Source: Malacoraja senta
Lineage: Eukaryota
Direction: 5' to 3'
Length of the DNA: 64,000 nucleotides
Assembly (NCBI GenBank): GCA_038087875.1
Contig: CM075988.1
Span: forward strand, 4,464,001-4,528,000
Position numbers and translations under genes: made by a program. Shown in pieces: positions 36,914-50,619 of this stretch (position 1 is its first letter; every line of letters begins with the position of its first letter). The notes beneath the pieces are model-generated. The model had not been told where the DNA came from, ran no database searches, and saw only the letters and a list, made by a program, of their open reading frames with translations.

Positions 36914-39892
36914 AGACATAGAAATAGAAAATAGGTGCAGGAGGAGACCATTTGGCCCTTCGAGCCAGCACCACCATTCATTGTGATCATGGCTGATCGT
37001 CCCCAATCAATAACCCGTGCCTACCTTCTCCCCATATCCCTTGATTCCACTAGCCCCTAGAGCTCTATCTAGCTCTCTCTTAAATCCATCCAGTGAGTTG
37101 GCCTCCACTGCCGTTATGGCAGGGAATTCCACAAATTCACAACTCTCTGGGTGAAAACGTTTTTTCTCTCCTCAGTCTTAAATGGCCTCCCCTTTATTCT
37201 AAGACTGTGGCCTCTTGTTCTGGACTCCCCCAACATTGGGAACATGTTTCCTGCATCTAGCTTGTCCAGTCCTTTTATAATTGTATATGTTTCTATAAGA
37301 TCCCCCTCATCCTTCTAAACTCCAGTGACTACAAGCCTAGTCTTTTCAATCTTTCCTCGTATCAGTCCTGCTTTCCCAGGGATTAATCTCATGAACCTAC
37401 GCTGCACTGCCTCAATCACAAGGATGTCTTTCCTCAAATTAGGAGACCAAAACTGTACACAATACTCCAGATGTGGTCTTACCAGAGCCCTATACAACTG
37501 ACTCTTGACTCTTGAAGAAATGGTTTCCTTCCGATGAGAGGTCAGAGGAAGTGAGTTCCATAAAAAAACCTATTGAAGGAACTACATGGGTCTGCAAGGT
37601 TGCCCATTTTCCAATCTACATAGAATAATAAGATCATAAGATCCCTTGGATACCCGCACTTTCATGGGAGAAAAAAACCCAGCGTTTATGCAGTCCCTCC
37701 CTCTAAGATTCTTATATATCTCAATAAGGTCTACAAACTTGTTTGAGGACGACTGTTCGCTGGACGATGCAGGAGGAGGTGACGGCTGCAACAGGCCTTC
37801 ATAAGTTCACAAATTCATCAGGGATAGGAGAAGAATTAGGCCATTCGGCCCATCAAGTCTACTCCGCCATTCATTCATGGCTGATCTACCTTTCCCTCCA
37901 TGAGGCAGTGGAGGACAATTCACTGGATATTTCCAAGAGAGAGTTAGATTTAGCTCTTAGGGCAAAATGAATCAAGGGATATGCAAACAAAGCAGGAACG
38001 GGGTACTGATTTTAGATGATCAGCCATGATCATATTGGATATATTAATGATTTGGACGAGGGAATTGAATGCAACATCTCCAAGTTTGAGGATGACACGA
38101 AGCTGGGGGGCAGTGTTAGCTGTGAGGAAGATGCTAGGAGGCTGCAATGTGACTTGGATAGGTTGGGTGAGTGGGCAAATGCATGGCAGATGCAGTATAA
38201 TGTGGATAAATGTGAGGTTATCCACTTTGGTGGCAGAAACAGGAAAGTAGACTATTATCGAAATGGTGGCCGATTAGGAATAGGGGAGATGCAACGAGAC
38301 CTGGGTGTCATGTAAACCAGTCATTGATAGTAGGCATGCAGGTGCAGCAGGCAGTGAAGAAAGCGAATGGTATGTTAGCATTCATAGCAAAAGGATTTGA
38401 GTATAGGAGCAGGGAGGTTCTACTGCAGTTGTACAGGGTCTTGGTGAGACCACACCTGGGGTATTGCGTACAGTTTTGGTCTCCTAATCTGAGGAAAGAC
38501 ATTCTTGCCATAGAGGGAGTACAGAGAAGGTTCACCAGACTGATTCCTGGGATGTCAGGACTTTCATATGAAGAAAGACTGGATAGATTCGGCTTGTACT
38601 CGCTAGAAGTTAGAAGATTGAGGGGGGGTCTTATAGAAACTTACAAAATTCTTAAGGGGTTGGACAGGCTGGATGCAGGAAGATTGTTCCCGATGTTGGG
38701 GAAATCCAGAACAAGGGGTCACAGTTTAAGGATAAAGGGGAAATCCTTTAGGACCGAGATGAGAAAAACATTTTTCACACAGAGTGTGGTGAATCTCTGG
38801 AACTCTCTGCCACAGAAGGTAGTTGAGGCCAGTTCATTGGCTATATTTAAGAGGGAGTTAGATGTGGCCCTTGTGGCTAAAGGGATCAGGGGGCATGGAG
38901 AGAAGGCAGGTACAGGATACTGAGTTGGATGATCAGCCATGATGATATTGAATGGCGGTGCAGGCTCGAAGGGCCGAATGGCCTACTCCTGCACCTATTT
39001 TCTATGTTTCTATGTTTGTATGGATGCCGGTGCTGGCTCGAAGGGCCAAATGATCTACTCCTGCACCTATTTTTCTATGTTTCAATGTTTCTAACCCCAT
39101 TCTCCTACCTTCTCCCCACAACCTCTGACGCCCGTAATAATCAAGAATATATCTATCTCAGCCTTAAATATATCCACTGGTAGCCTCCACAGCCTTTAGT
39201 GGCAAAGAATTCCACAGATTCATCACCTTCTGACTAATGAAACTCCTCCTCACCTCCTTCCTAAAAGAACGTCCTTTAATTCTGAGGTTATGACCTCTAG
39301 TCCTAGACTTTCCCACTAGTGGAAACATCCTCTTCACATCCACTCTATCCAAGCCTTTCACTATTCTGCTTGTTTCAATGAGGTCCCCCCTCATTCTTCT
39401 AAACTCCAGCAAAGTGCAGGCCCAGTGCTGACCAATGCTCAGCATATGTTAACCCACTCATTCCTGGGATCGTTCTCGAAAACCTCTTCTGGACCCGCTT
39501 CAGAGCCAGCACATCCTTCCCACACGCGCATCAACCTTCCACCAACCGATGTTCCCGATGTTGGGGGAAGTCCAGAACCAGGGCTCACAGTTTAAGAATA
39601 AGGGGTAGCCCATTTAGGACTGAGATGAGGAAAAATCTTTTTCACCCAGAGAGTTGTGAATCTGTGGAATTCTCTGCCACAGAAGGCAGTGGAGGCCAAT
39701 TCACTGGATGTTTTCAAGAAAGAGTTAGATTTAGCTCTTCGGGCGAACGGAAACAAGGGATATGGGGAGAAAGCGGGAACGGGGTACTGATTTTGGCTGA
39801 TCAGCCATGATCATATTGATCACTGGCTCAAAGGGCCGCATGGCCTACTCCTGCACCTATTTTCTATGTTTCTATGTTTCTAACCGTCAGCA
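36914..39892 (+). repeat. ~2.98-kb direct duplication, copy B
   Basis: Colinear with 30162-33139; scattered substitutions and small indels. Confidence 0.97.
38035..38923 (+). pseudogene. CR1 ORF2 RT C-terminal half (also at 31285-32168 and 43304-43860)
   Basis: YINDLDEGIECNISKFEDDTKLGG..NAWQMQYNVDKC..RPHL.YCVQFWSP..RTRGHSLRIKG. Confidence 0.92.
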
Positions 39893-40705
39893 GGCGTCAA
39901 CAGGTGTCAGTTATTATGGGGAGAAGGCAGGAGAATGGGGTTAGGAGGGAGAGATAGATCAGCCATGATTGTATTGCAGAGTAGACTTGATGGGCCGAAT
40001 GGCCTAATTCTACTCCTATTCCTTATGATCTTATGACCTAACCTGTGGGCTCTGGGTCCTAAGATTTCCCTCTTGTATCTCATCACATCTGATTCCTACG
40101 GCAATGAGCAGATTACCGAGCTGTTTCATCACTGGTCATGAGTCGGACATTAGCTCACATTTCCTTGATCCCAGTGCTCCAGAAGTCATCACAGCATCCA
40201 GTGACTCTCACACCAGCTTCTCTTTCTGACATTTTCTTCTTCCCCCCCTACATGTAATCTTACTCCCACTGATCTGAGTTGCACCAAGGTTTGCTCTTGG
40301 TTAACACCAATAAATAAATAATGTGCATGGCAGTGAATTAAATTTAAACCTCAACATTACAATTTAATGGACAGTTTTCCTGCTTCAGATAGAATATGTT
40401 ACACATCTTAACCTGTTGTGGTGTAACCACATTTTAATATTAAAGCTATATCCAACCACGTTAATTTGATGTTCTATTTCTCGGGCTGAATGCAAGGGAA
40501 TTTTATTCTTAGCTTCTGCAACAAAATAAATAATGCAACCGACACTAAACTAAAGTCGATTCAATAAGCTCTGGGATGAAAGTGGGATAAGCATTGTTAT
40601 TCGAGAAATGGAGAAAATGGGATAGGTTCAATGATTAATTGTGATTTACAGCAAACAGCATCATGAGATGACTCTTAAAAGGGGTTTTAATTATTAAATC
40701 ATCAG

Positions 40706-40995
40706 GGTGGTATGATGGTGCAGCGGTAGAGTTGCTGCCATATAGCGCTCGGGCTCCATCCTGACTACGGGTGCTGTCTGTAAGGAGTTTGTACGTGACC
40801 GCGTGGGTTTTCTCCGAGATCTTCGGTTTCCTCCCACACTCCAAAGACGTACAGGTTTGTAGGTGAATTGACTTGGTATAAATGTAAATTGTCCCTAGTG
40901 TGTGTAGGATAGTGTGGGTTTCGTTGGTCGGCGCGGACTCGGTGGGCCGAAAGGCCTGTTTCCGAGCTGTAAATCTAAACTAATTTAAACTAAAT
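40706..40995 (+). mobile_element. HE1-type SINE
   Basis: Family consensus. Confidence 0.9.
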
Positions 40996-40999
40996 GAAT

Positions 41000-41560
41000 T
41001 ATGCAAGTAAAATGGGGCAATAGGTTTCACCCCATTTGGGGTTAGCAATGGTGTTAGACAAGAGGGAATTTTGTCCACAGACTTTTTAATCTTTATATTG
41101 ATGATCTGTCCAAGCAAATGAAAGTCTGTAATACTGGGTGCATGATTGGTAATACTTTAGTGAACCATATTATGTATGCAGATGATCTTGTGGTCTTTAG
41201 TCCATCTAGCGCTGGTCTCCAGCAGCTCCTTACTATATGTTCTGTGTATGGTATGGAACATGATATCAAATATAATGCTGGTAAGAGTGCTGTTATGATC
41301 TATAGAACCAAAGAGGATAAATGTCTAAAATTTCCTGATTTTAAATTGTCTGACAATAATCTTAGTGTCTGTAATAAGGTAAAATATCTTGGACATTTTA
41401 TTACAGAACAAATGACAGATGATGAGGATATTTATAGGCAACGCCGTATTCTGTATGTACAAGCAAATATTCACTTACGCAAGTTTGGTGCATGTACAGA
41501 TGTAGTGAAGATGTCTCTGTTCAGAGCATATTGTACACCACTCTATACTGCACTCTATAC
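41000..41560 (+). pseudogene. RTE-X-type LINE reverse transcriptase fragment
   Basis: FGVSNGVRQEGILS..FNLYIDDLS..HIMYADDLVVFSPS..GLQQLL..KYLGHFI..DDEDIYRQRR.LY.QAN..RKF..C..VK.SLF..YC. Confidence 0.8.
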
Positions 41561-41869
41561 TACAGAAAATTGGCTTGGTATACTGTCCCTAGTGTGTGTA
41601 AGATAGCGTTAGTGTGTCGCGATCACTGGTCGGTGCGGACTCGCTGGGCAGAAGAGGCTGTTTCTGTGCTGTACCTCTAAAACTAAAATTAAAACTAAAA
41701 TCCAGTTCTCACTTACACAAGGTTTATCTCAGACATCTCCCTTTGGGTTCTTGACTATTCCATCTCCATCTTGTGATAGATTAACAACCAAATCTATTGC
41801 AGACCTACATACTTACATGCTCCACTACATCTTCTCCCTCACAGCTTTCTCAGAGGACAACATTCCACT

Positions 41870-42160
41870 CTTAGTTTAGTTTAGAGATACAGCCCGGAAA
41901 CAGGCATGTCAGCCCACTGTGTCAGCGCTGACCAGTGATCCCCGCACATTAACACTATCCTACACACAATGGGGACCATTTACATTTATACCAAGCCAAT
42001 TAACCTACGAACTTTTACATCTTTGGAATGATCTCGGAGAAAACCCACGCGGTCACGGGGAGAACGTACAAACTCCGTACAGAAAACACTCTTAGTTGGG
42101 ATCGATCCCGGGTGGCTGATGCTGTTAACGCTGTAAGGCGGCAACTCTACCGTGCCGCAT
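41870..42160 (-). mobile_element. HE1-type SINE within old Penelope remnants (41700-42700)
   Basis: SINE consensus; LVLTFHSTSVHIQHIILCHFHHFQRDATT at 42356. Confidence 0.75.
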
Positions 42161-43303
42161 ATCCATATCTTCTCCAGGTCCGTTGAATCGGGTGAGAAGC
42201 CAAAACAATGCATCAATGCTTCCAAGGAGTCTGCCTTTTCCCAAAGCCATGGCCACTCCTCGAGCATGGGTTGACAGTACTCCAACTGCATCACTTCCAT
42301 TCCTCACGTGTCTCCGTCAGCCTGTCCTCTCCCACCCAGAGCAAGGGTGGGGTTCCCTGGTCCTTACCTTCCATTCTACCAGCGTCCACATTCAACATAT
42401 AATCCTCTGTCATTTCCACCACTTTCAACGGGATGCCACCACCACCCACACCTTCCTCTTCCCATTTCAGGATTCTGAAAAGCCCACATTCTGCAACTCT
42501 ACGTCTCACTCCTCCATTGTCACTGGCTACTCCACTTCTAACGTCACTGTTCCTCATAGTCGCAGAAGCTCCAATTCCTGCCCTTTGACCTCATTCCTTG
42601 CTGTGATGGTGGGTATTCCAGCTGAAGCACCTCTTCCAATTGAGTGCAATGCAGGCGGTCCTCATAATGTGATCTCCTCGACAGTTCGATCAGATCATTG
42701 TTTTTTTGGAACACATTCGTGCGTTTTCTCCGGGTGCTCCGATTTCCTCCCACACCTCAAAGACTTAGAGGTTTGTAGGTTAATTGGCTTTGGGAAGATT
42801 TGTAACTTGTCCCTAACTTGTAGGATAGTGCTACTGTACAGGGGTGATCGCAGGTTACCACAGATTTGGTGGCCCGACTGACCTGTTTCCACGCTGTATC
42901 TCTAAAGTCTAAAGTGTAAAGTCTTAAGACTTTATCAGTTCTTCATCAAACTGCAAAGTGGAATAACAAGTTTGTTTTAAATCGCAGAGAGAGGGGGTAC
43001 TAAGTAATCAAATAGATGCTTTTCTAAGTGGCACAAGCAAAATGGCACCTATCTCTTTTCTCCAGAAATGCTGCCTGTGCTGCTGAGTTAGATGCTTTCT
43101 AAAACCTGCGCATGAATTGCCAGGATTTACTTTGTCAATTTGCCACAATATGATTTATTCTGCTTACTTTTTTTTTTTCCATGTAAATAAAGATTATACT
43201 ACTGAGCCTATTTATTTTGGATATCTCTGAGGAATGCTAGTCAAAGAATATCTCGGCCACCCACACCACTCCCCTGCCCTCATCACCTCACCCACTTAAT
43301 AAA

Positions 43304-43957
43304 ATGAATGGTATGTTAGCATTCATAGCAAAAGGATTTGAGTATAGGAGCAGGGAGGTTCTACTGCAGTTGTACAGGGTCTTGGTGGGACCACACCTGG
43401 AGTATTGTGTACAGTTTTGGTCTCCAAATCTGAGGAAAGACATTCTTGCCATAGAGGGAGTACAGAGAAGGTTCACCAGACTGATTCCTAGGATGTCAGG
43501 GCTTTCATATGAAGAAAGACTGGATAGACTCGGCTTGTACTCGTTAGAATTTAGAAGATTGAGGGGGGATCTTATAGAAACTTACAAAATTCTTAAGGGG
43601 TTGGACAGGCTAGATGCAGGAAGATTGTCCCCGATGTTGGGGAAGTCCAGAACAAGGGGGTCACAGTTTAAGGATAAGGGGGAAGTCTTTTAGGACCGAG
43701 ATGAGAAACACATTTTTCACACAGAGAGTGGTGAATCTGGAATTCTCTGCCACAGAAGGTAGTTGAGGCCAGTTAATTGGCTATATTTAAGAGGGAGTTA
43801 GATGTGTCCCTTGTGGCTAAAGGGATCAGGGGGTATGGAGAAAAGGCAGGTACAGGATGCTGAGTATCAGCCATGATCATATTGAATGGCGGTGCAGGCT
43901 CGAAGGGCCGAATGGCCTACTCCTGCACCTATTTTCTATGTTTCTATGTTTCTATAT
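43304..43957 (+). mobile_element. CR1 LINE 3' fragment with (tttctatg)n tail
   Basis: Highly similar to 38365-39015. Confidence 0.92.
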
Positions 43958-43964
43958 GGTTACT

Positions 43965-44592
43965 TTGGCACAGAGGTAACATTCTCAGTCTGAGCCACTA
44001 GGGTGGCACATTGGCGCAGTGGTAGAGTTGCTGCCAAACAGGGCCAGAGACATGGGTTCGATCCTGACCTTGGATGCTGCCTGTGTGAAGTTTGCACGCT
44101 CTCCTTGTGACCGCATGGGTTTTCTCCGGGTGCTCTGGTTTCCTCCCACATTTCAAAGATGCGTGGGTATGCAGGTTAATTGGCTTCTATAAATTGTCCC
44201 TAGTGTGTAGGATAGAACTAGTGTATGGGTGCCTGCTGGTCAGTGTGGATTTGTTGGGCTGAAATGCCTGTTTCCACGCTATATCTCTAAACTAAACTAA
44301 ACTAATCTAAACTAAACACCCTTGCTTGGTTTCTAGACTCTCTCCAGAGATCTGTGCATCAGCTAAAGGTTGACCCTCCCATCAGGAATATCTACATTGA
44401 GGAAGATGTAATATTAATTGCAACTTCGTCTTGCCTCTGTAGTCACATAATAAAATCAACATGGATTATATTGAAGGAGAGAAGGGGAGTCATTATCGTT
44501 GTCCTGTCAATACATACTCCTTGAGCAACATCTCTGAAAGATCATCTGGTCATTGCTTCGTTCATGTGTTTGAGATCTCAGTGTACACAATA
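43965..44592 (+). mobile_element. Ancient Deu-domain SINE (SacSINE1/AmnSINE-like) interrupted by an HE1 SINE at 44001-44316
   Basis: Decayed tRNA-like head; aaaatcaacatggattatattgaaggagagaaggggagtc..gtcctgtcaata..agatcatctggtcattgc matches the Deu domain as I recall it. Confidence 0.65.
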
Positions 44593-44599
44593 GGCCCCA

Positions 44600-45250
44600 T
44601 GTTTAGAGTCATAGAGCTGTACGGCGCGGAGACAGACCTTCGGCCCACTTTTGTTTATGCAAACCAAAGTGGGATATTGGATAGTCCCGTATATCTGTTT
44701 TTGACACCTACACCTCCAAACCCTTCCTATCTGTCCAAATGTCTTTTCAGGATCATTTAGATAGGTACATGGAAAGGATAGATTTAGAGGGATGTGAGCC
44801 AAATTCAGGTAGGTGGGAATAGTGTAGGTGTGACATGTTGGTCGGCGTGGGCAAGTTGGGCTGAAGGATGTGTTTCCATGCCAAATTACTCTAAAGTCAC
44901 ACCTGTATCCACTTCTATAGCTTCCTTTGGCAGCTCTTTCAAGGCGGACGATATTTCTGAGTGAAAAAGTTATCCCTGAGATCCCTCTTAAATCTCTCCC
45001 TTCTCTTCTTAAGCCTGTGCACTCTAATTTTAGAATCCTCTACCTTGGGGAAAAAGACTGCGAGCGTTCACTGTATCCATACCCCTCATGATTTTGTACA
45101 CCTCAATACAGCCACCCCTCAGCCTCCTACACTCCAAATTAAAAAAGTCTCAGTCTATCCAAATTCTCCTTACAACGCAAGCCTGTAAGTCCAGGACACA
45201 TGCCGATGAATCTCTTCTGCACCCTTTCCAAATTAATGATATCTTTCCTG
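44600..45250. mobile_element. Old CR1 fragments in both orientations
   Basis: Minus-strand CR1 C-terminus with a short + tail at 44755-44885. Confidence 0.7.
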
Positions 45251-46024
45251 TACCAGTACCTGTTGACAGAAATCAGGAACTTATAAGGAAGATGAATAGG
45301 TTATAGTCTGTTTAACCCTAGAGCTCACAAACTGGGGAAGCATGAAGGGAAAAATGGACAACATAAGATGGTCGGAAGGTAATAAATATGTGTCAACGTA
45401 CTTAGCTTTCACAGCACAGCCTCATTACAATACGTAGCTAAAACTAATACACTCTGCTGAACAGCTAGTTTCTTTATCTATAGAGGTGGGGGGTAGTTGT
45501 CCGCAGTTCTGTCTAGGTTCTTATCCGTTGCAAATTTGAGATTACAGCTGCTCTTCGTCTCTTTGTTTAGCAGACAAGTCTCCTCAAAAGTTAACAAACA
45601 AACTTTTTAATAAGTAGACCCCATCAATTCTCTCTGCAGGAATATTGACATCTATGCTATCTATTTGTTAGATATATAGGAGAGAGATCTTGAAAACAAC
45701 AGGAAATGTAAGGGTAAAGTTAACTCTGGGGAATGACAAAGATGAAAGGTTACAGAGACATTGATCAATGATGATTTATTTACACTCCACGTAGCAATTG
45801 TGTCATGAGGAAATAAAAATGCGCAAGGTACTGTGAATCTTTGAAACACTTTGGGTTCTCTCAGTATGTGTTGAGCAGTGCGCATTGTTAAGGCCTTCAA
45901 TAAACAGCTTTGTTCGATAGACTCACCACGGATCATTGAGTTGTTTTATTTTGTGTCTGTGACGATCTGACTAAAGCCAGATAAAGGGTGTGGGTAGAGT
46001 ACAAAAGATCACAAAATTCCCTCC

Positions 46025-46440
46025 AAACTACTGAACACAAACTCCAAATGTGGTCTCACCCACATTGTACTGAACTTTTGTACTCAATGCCCATCCCAAT
46101 GAAGACAAGGTCGCTAAATACCTTCTTCACAACACTGTCCACCTGCCTCTCCACCTTTAGGGAAATGTGCACCTATACTCCTAGGTCTCTCGGTTCTACA
46201 ACAGCTCTCCAGGCCTCTACCATTTACAGTACAAATCCTGCCCTGGTTTGACATACCTAAGTGTAACACATCCCAATTGACAAAGTAAAATTCCATTTGC
46301 CATTTCCACTTGGCCCACCTTCCCAACTGATCTGTTGTAAAACTTGGGTATCCTTCCTCACTGTCTACTGCCACCAAATATGGGGCCATTTGTAAATCTG
46401 CTATCAATAATAACTACATAATCACCCAAATCATTATGAA
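46025..46440 (-). mobile_element. Old CR1 RT fragment
   Basis: DQLGRWAK*QMEFYF...VLHLG on the minus strand. Confidence 0.7.
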
Positions 46441-47061
46441 TAACAAATAACAGTAGGATCAGCCGCTGCCTCACAGCGCCAGAGACCTGGGTTCGATCCT
46501 GACCATGTGTGCTGTCTGTGTGAAGTTTGCACGTTCTCCCTGTGATTGGGTATCCCGGTTTTCCTCCCAAATCCCAAAAGGCGTGTGGGTTTGTAGGTTT
46601 ATTGGCCTCTGTAAATTTCCCCTCGTGTGTAGGTAGTGGATGAGAGAGTGATAACATAGGATCTCCTCGCCTGATGTTCTGAGACTTCACACAGCTGAAG
46701 TCAACGCTGAGAATGCCTCGTATCTCCACATTGTGCTGACACACCATTGTACCACCACGTCCAGTGAATCCCCTTGAATGACGGGCCAAGATGTACCCAG
46801 GGATCGTTGTGAATGATTAGAGACATTATTTCAATGTTCAGCAATACATTTGAGGGAATATGAATCTATATTTAAAGTAGCAAGACAATAATATGGAGGC
46901 TTCCAGAGAGAAATTTGAATCCCAATTTAAAGGAAGAGTTAAGTTTATTGACGAATGAGGAATAAAATTCTCAAGATGGCGCAGCAGGAGACCCTATGCA
47001 TGCTGGGAAGGGGATCCATTACAATTGCTCCACTCTTTTAAATCTTTACTTTAACAGCAGC

Positions 47062-48060
47062 AGTTTAGTTTTGTTAGTTTCACAGACAATGTGTGGAAAC
47101 AGGTCCTTCAGCCCACCGAGTCCACGCCAACCAGCGATCTCTGCACATTAACACTTTCCTACACACACTAGGGACGGTTTACATTTACACCAAGCCAATT
47201 AAAGTACAAACCTGTTTAAGAAGGAACTGCAGATGCTGGAAAATCGAAAGTAGACAAAAACGCTGGAGAAACTCAGCGGGCGAGGCAGCATCTATGGAGT
47301 GAAGGAAATAGGCAACTTTTCCTATTTCCTTCGCTCCATAGATGCTGCCTCACCCGCTGAGTTTCTCCAGCATTTTTGTCTACCTGAAATGCAAACCTGC
47401 TCGTCTTTGTAGTGTGGGAGGAAACCGAAGATCTCGGAGCAAACCCACGCAGGTCACGGAGAGAACGTAAGACTCCGTATAGACAAGCACCCATAACCAA
47501 GGTGAACCCGGGTCTCATAGAAACATAGAAACATAGAACATAGAACATAGGTGCAGGAGTAGGCCATTCGGCCCTTTCGAGCCTGCACCGCCATTCAATA
47601 TGATCATGGCTGATCATCCAACTCTGTATCCTGTACCTGCCTTCTCTCCATACCCCCTGATCCCTTTAGCCACAAGGGCCACATCTAACTATCTCTTAAA
47701 TATAGCCAATGAACTGGCCTCAACTACCTCTGTGGCAGAGAATTCCAGAGATTCACCACTCTCTGTGTGAAAAATGTTTTTCTCATCTCGGTCCTAAAAG
47801 ACTTCCCCCTTATCCTTAAACTGTGACCCCTTGTTCTGGATCTCCCCAACATCGGGAACAATCTTCCTGCATCTAGCCTGTCCAACCCCTTAAGAATTTT
47901 GTAAGTTTCTATAAGATCCCCCCTCAATCTTCTAACTTCTAGCGAGTACAAGCCGAGTCTATCCAGTCTTTCTTCATATGGAAGTCCTGACATCTCAGGA
48001 ATCAGTCTGGTCTCTGGCGCTGTAAGGCAGCAACTCGCCCGCTGCACCACCATGCTGCCC
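47062..48060 (-). mobile_element. HE1 SINE interrupted by a palindromic Penelope mini (47213-47385) and a CR1 fragment (47517-48008)
   Basis: gggtctc|...|ggtctctggcgctgtaagg continuity across the CR1 insert. Confidence 0.85.
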
Positions 48061-48532
48061 GGACTCCTTACACTGACTGTGCACCCTCATCCTGTATCTG
48101 TACACTGTGGACCACTTGATTGTAATCATGCACAGTCTTTTCACTGACTGGATAACAGGCAACAAAAAAGCTTTTCACTGTACCTCAATGTACATGGTAA
48201 TAATAAGCTAAACATATAACACAAAACCATAGTTTCATTTCTGCTGACAACAGAACAAACAATCTATTTTTTCACCAAAGCTCTTTAGAAAATAAATCTT
48301 CACTTGATTGGCTGATTGATTAATTGAAAGATGCAACTGGGGAAGAGGCCCTTCAGCCCATTGAGTCCATGCTGACCATCGATCTCCCATTCACACTTGT
48401 CCCATGTTATCCACTCCCTACACACTAGGGCATTTTACAGAGGCCAATCAACCTATAAGCCCACACGTCTGGTGGGATGTAGGAGGAAATCCATGCGGTC
48501 ACATGGAGAACGTGCAAACACCACACAGACAG

Positions 48533-48782
48533 CACCTAGACTGTGGAACAGCATCCCTCTCCTCATCAGAACTGCCCCCTCCATTGACTCCTTTAAGTCT
48601 AGACTTAAAACCTATTTCTATTCCCAAGCGTTTCTTGAGCTCCTCTGAGGGAGCGCTGTAAACAGTGTATGTATGTATTGTTAGATCTGTGTACCATTGT
48701 ATGTAGCACGTTAGTACCTACACTTTGGTCAATGAGAGTTGTTTTTAAATGTGCTATACAAATAAAATTGACTGACTGACTT
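48533..48782 (+). mobile_element. L2-type LINE 3' end inserted in a SINE (48335-48850, -)
   Basis: APRLWNSIPLLIRTAPSIDSFKSRLKTYFYSQAF; tail cactttggtc..aaatgtgctatacaaataaaattgactgact. Confidence 0.85.
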
Positions 48783-48914
48783 GGTCAGGATCGAACCCGG
48801 GTCTCTGGCGCTGTGAGGCAATGGCTCTACCTACTGCACCACCGTGCCGCCCTTGCTTCAATATTTGACCCACACACTCAATGCTATTCCACACCAATAG
48901 TGTGGTTGTTGATT

Positions 48915-49710
48915 TTTAATTTAGAGTTCAGAGATAGAAGTTGGAAACAGGCCCTTCAGTCCACCGAGTCCATGCCAGCCATCAATCACCCGTGCACTAG
49001 TTCTATCTTATCCCAGTTTTGCATCCTGCACACTCGGGGCAATTTACAGAAGCCAATCAACCCACAAACCTGCACGTCTTTGTGACGTGGGAGGAAACCG
49101 GAGCACCCCGAGAAAATCCATGTGGTCACAGGGAGAACGTAAAACTCTGGACAGACAGCACCCGCAGTCAGAATCGAACCCGGGTCTCTGGTGATGTGAG
49201 ACATCAACTCTACCACAATTGACCTCTGAACTCAGAATATCAACTTAGTTTAGTTTAGAGATTCAGCATGGAAACAGGCCCTACCGCCAACCGAGTCCGC
49301 TCCGACTGGTGGTCACCCATACACTAGTTCTATACTACACACTAGGGACCATTTATGGAAGCCAATTAACTTACAAACCTGCACGGCACGTCTGAAGTCT
49401 TCAATTCTGAAGAAGGGTCTCAACCCAAAACGTCACCCGTTCCTTCTCTCCAGAGATGCTGCCTGTCCCGCTGAGTTACTCCAGCATTTTATGTCTATCT
49501 TCGATTTAAAGCAGCATCTGCAGTTCTTTCCGACACAACCTACAAACCTGCATGTCTTTGGAGTATGGGAGGAAACCGGTGCATCCGGAGAAAATCCCTG
49601 CGATCGCAGAGAACATATAAACTCCGTACAGACAGCACCCGTAGTCAGGATCGAACCTGGGTCTCTGGAGCTGTAAGGCAGCAACTCTACCGCTGCGCCA
49701 CCATGCTGCC
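48915..49710 (-). mobile_element. Two HE1 SINEs, the second interrupted by a Penelope tail
   Basis: Family consensus. Confidence 0.85.
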
Positions 49711-50302
49711 GTAAACTGTAATCATTGCAAACACAGCCCCCACTGCCCCCACAGCCCCCACAGCCCCCACTGCCCCCACTGCCCTCTCCCCTATTTTCTG
49801 TTTTGTACTGAGTGGTCCATATTGTCCTCAGATTCGCTTCACCATTCACAAGCATTGTGGTTGACTCTTGCCTCATCTGTTCTCCCTGCAGGTCCACAAA
49901 ACCTCAAATGCAGTTCTGCCCATCTTAACCTTGGACATTATGAATGAGAAAGCAACAGTCCTCATTCAGTCTGATGGAACACTGTGAAAATCGTGAATGT
50001 ACAATCCCTAACCTGAGAAAACAGTTCACTCTCACAATAATACACTGCGTCAGGGGGATGGTGTCCATTATTGACGATTCTCCGCTAGAAGAGTAAGGGG
50101 GGTAAATGTTTAGCCAAAGGACGAGAGGGGAGGTTAAGCAAGAGGTGGAGTTGGGGGTGGGTTAAGCAAGAGGGAATTCACGGGCCAGGTAGCAGCAGAG
50201 CCTCCGGCCTACACACGGTGCGCCGGCGATGGGCCCGGTACTCGCGCTGCCTTCACCCTGCTCGTTCTCTCCCCTCCCCCAACCGGATGCTGCCGCCACA
50301 CA

Positions 50303-50619
50303 GGGCAGCACAGTGGGGTAGTGGTAGAGCTGCTGCCTCACAGAGCCAGTGACCCAGGTTCGACCCTGACCATGGGTGCTGTCTGTACGGAGTTTGTACG
50401 TTCTCCCCGTGACCGCGTGGCTTTTCTCCGGGATGTTCGGTTCCCTCCCGCACGTACAGGTTTGTAGGTTAATTGGCTTGGGAAAAATGTGAATTGTCCC
50501 TAGTGTGTGTAGGATAGTATTAGTGTGCAGGGATCGCAGGTCGGTGCGGGCCCGGTGGGCCGAAGGGCCTGTTTCCGTACTGTATCTCGAAGCAAATCTG
50601 AACTAAACTAAACTAAACA
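50303..50619 (+). mobile_element. HE1-type SINE
   Basis: tRNA head, core and tail. Confidence 0.9.

Noticed and set aside
35374..36934. Long Cys/Val- or His/Thr-rich ORFs up to 493 aa
   Set aside because: Translations of the (GT)n microsatellite; stop-free by composition
50303..50375. tRNA-like sequences with A and B boxes (many copies)
   Set aside because: They are SINE heads followed by the SINE body; no complete cloverleaf
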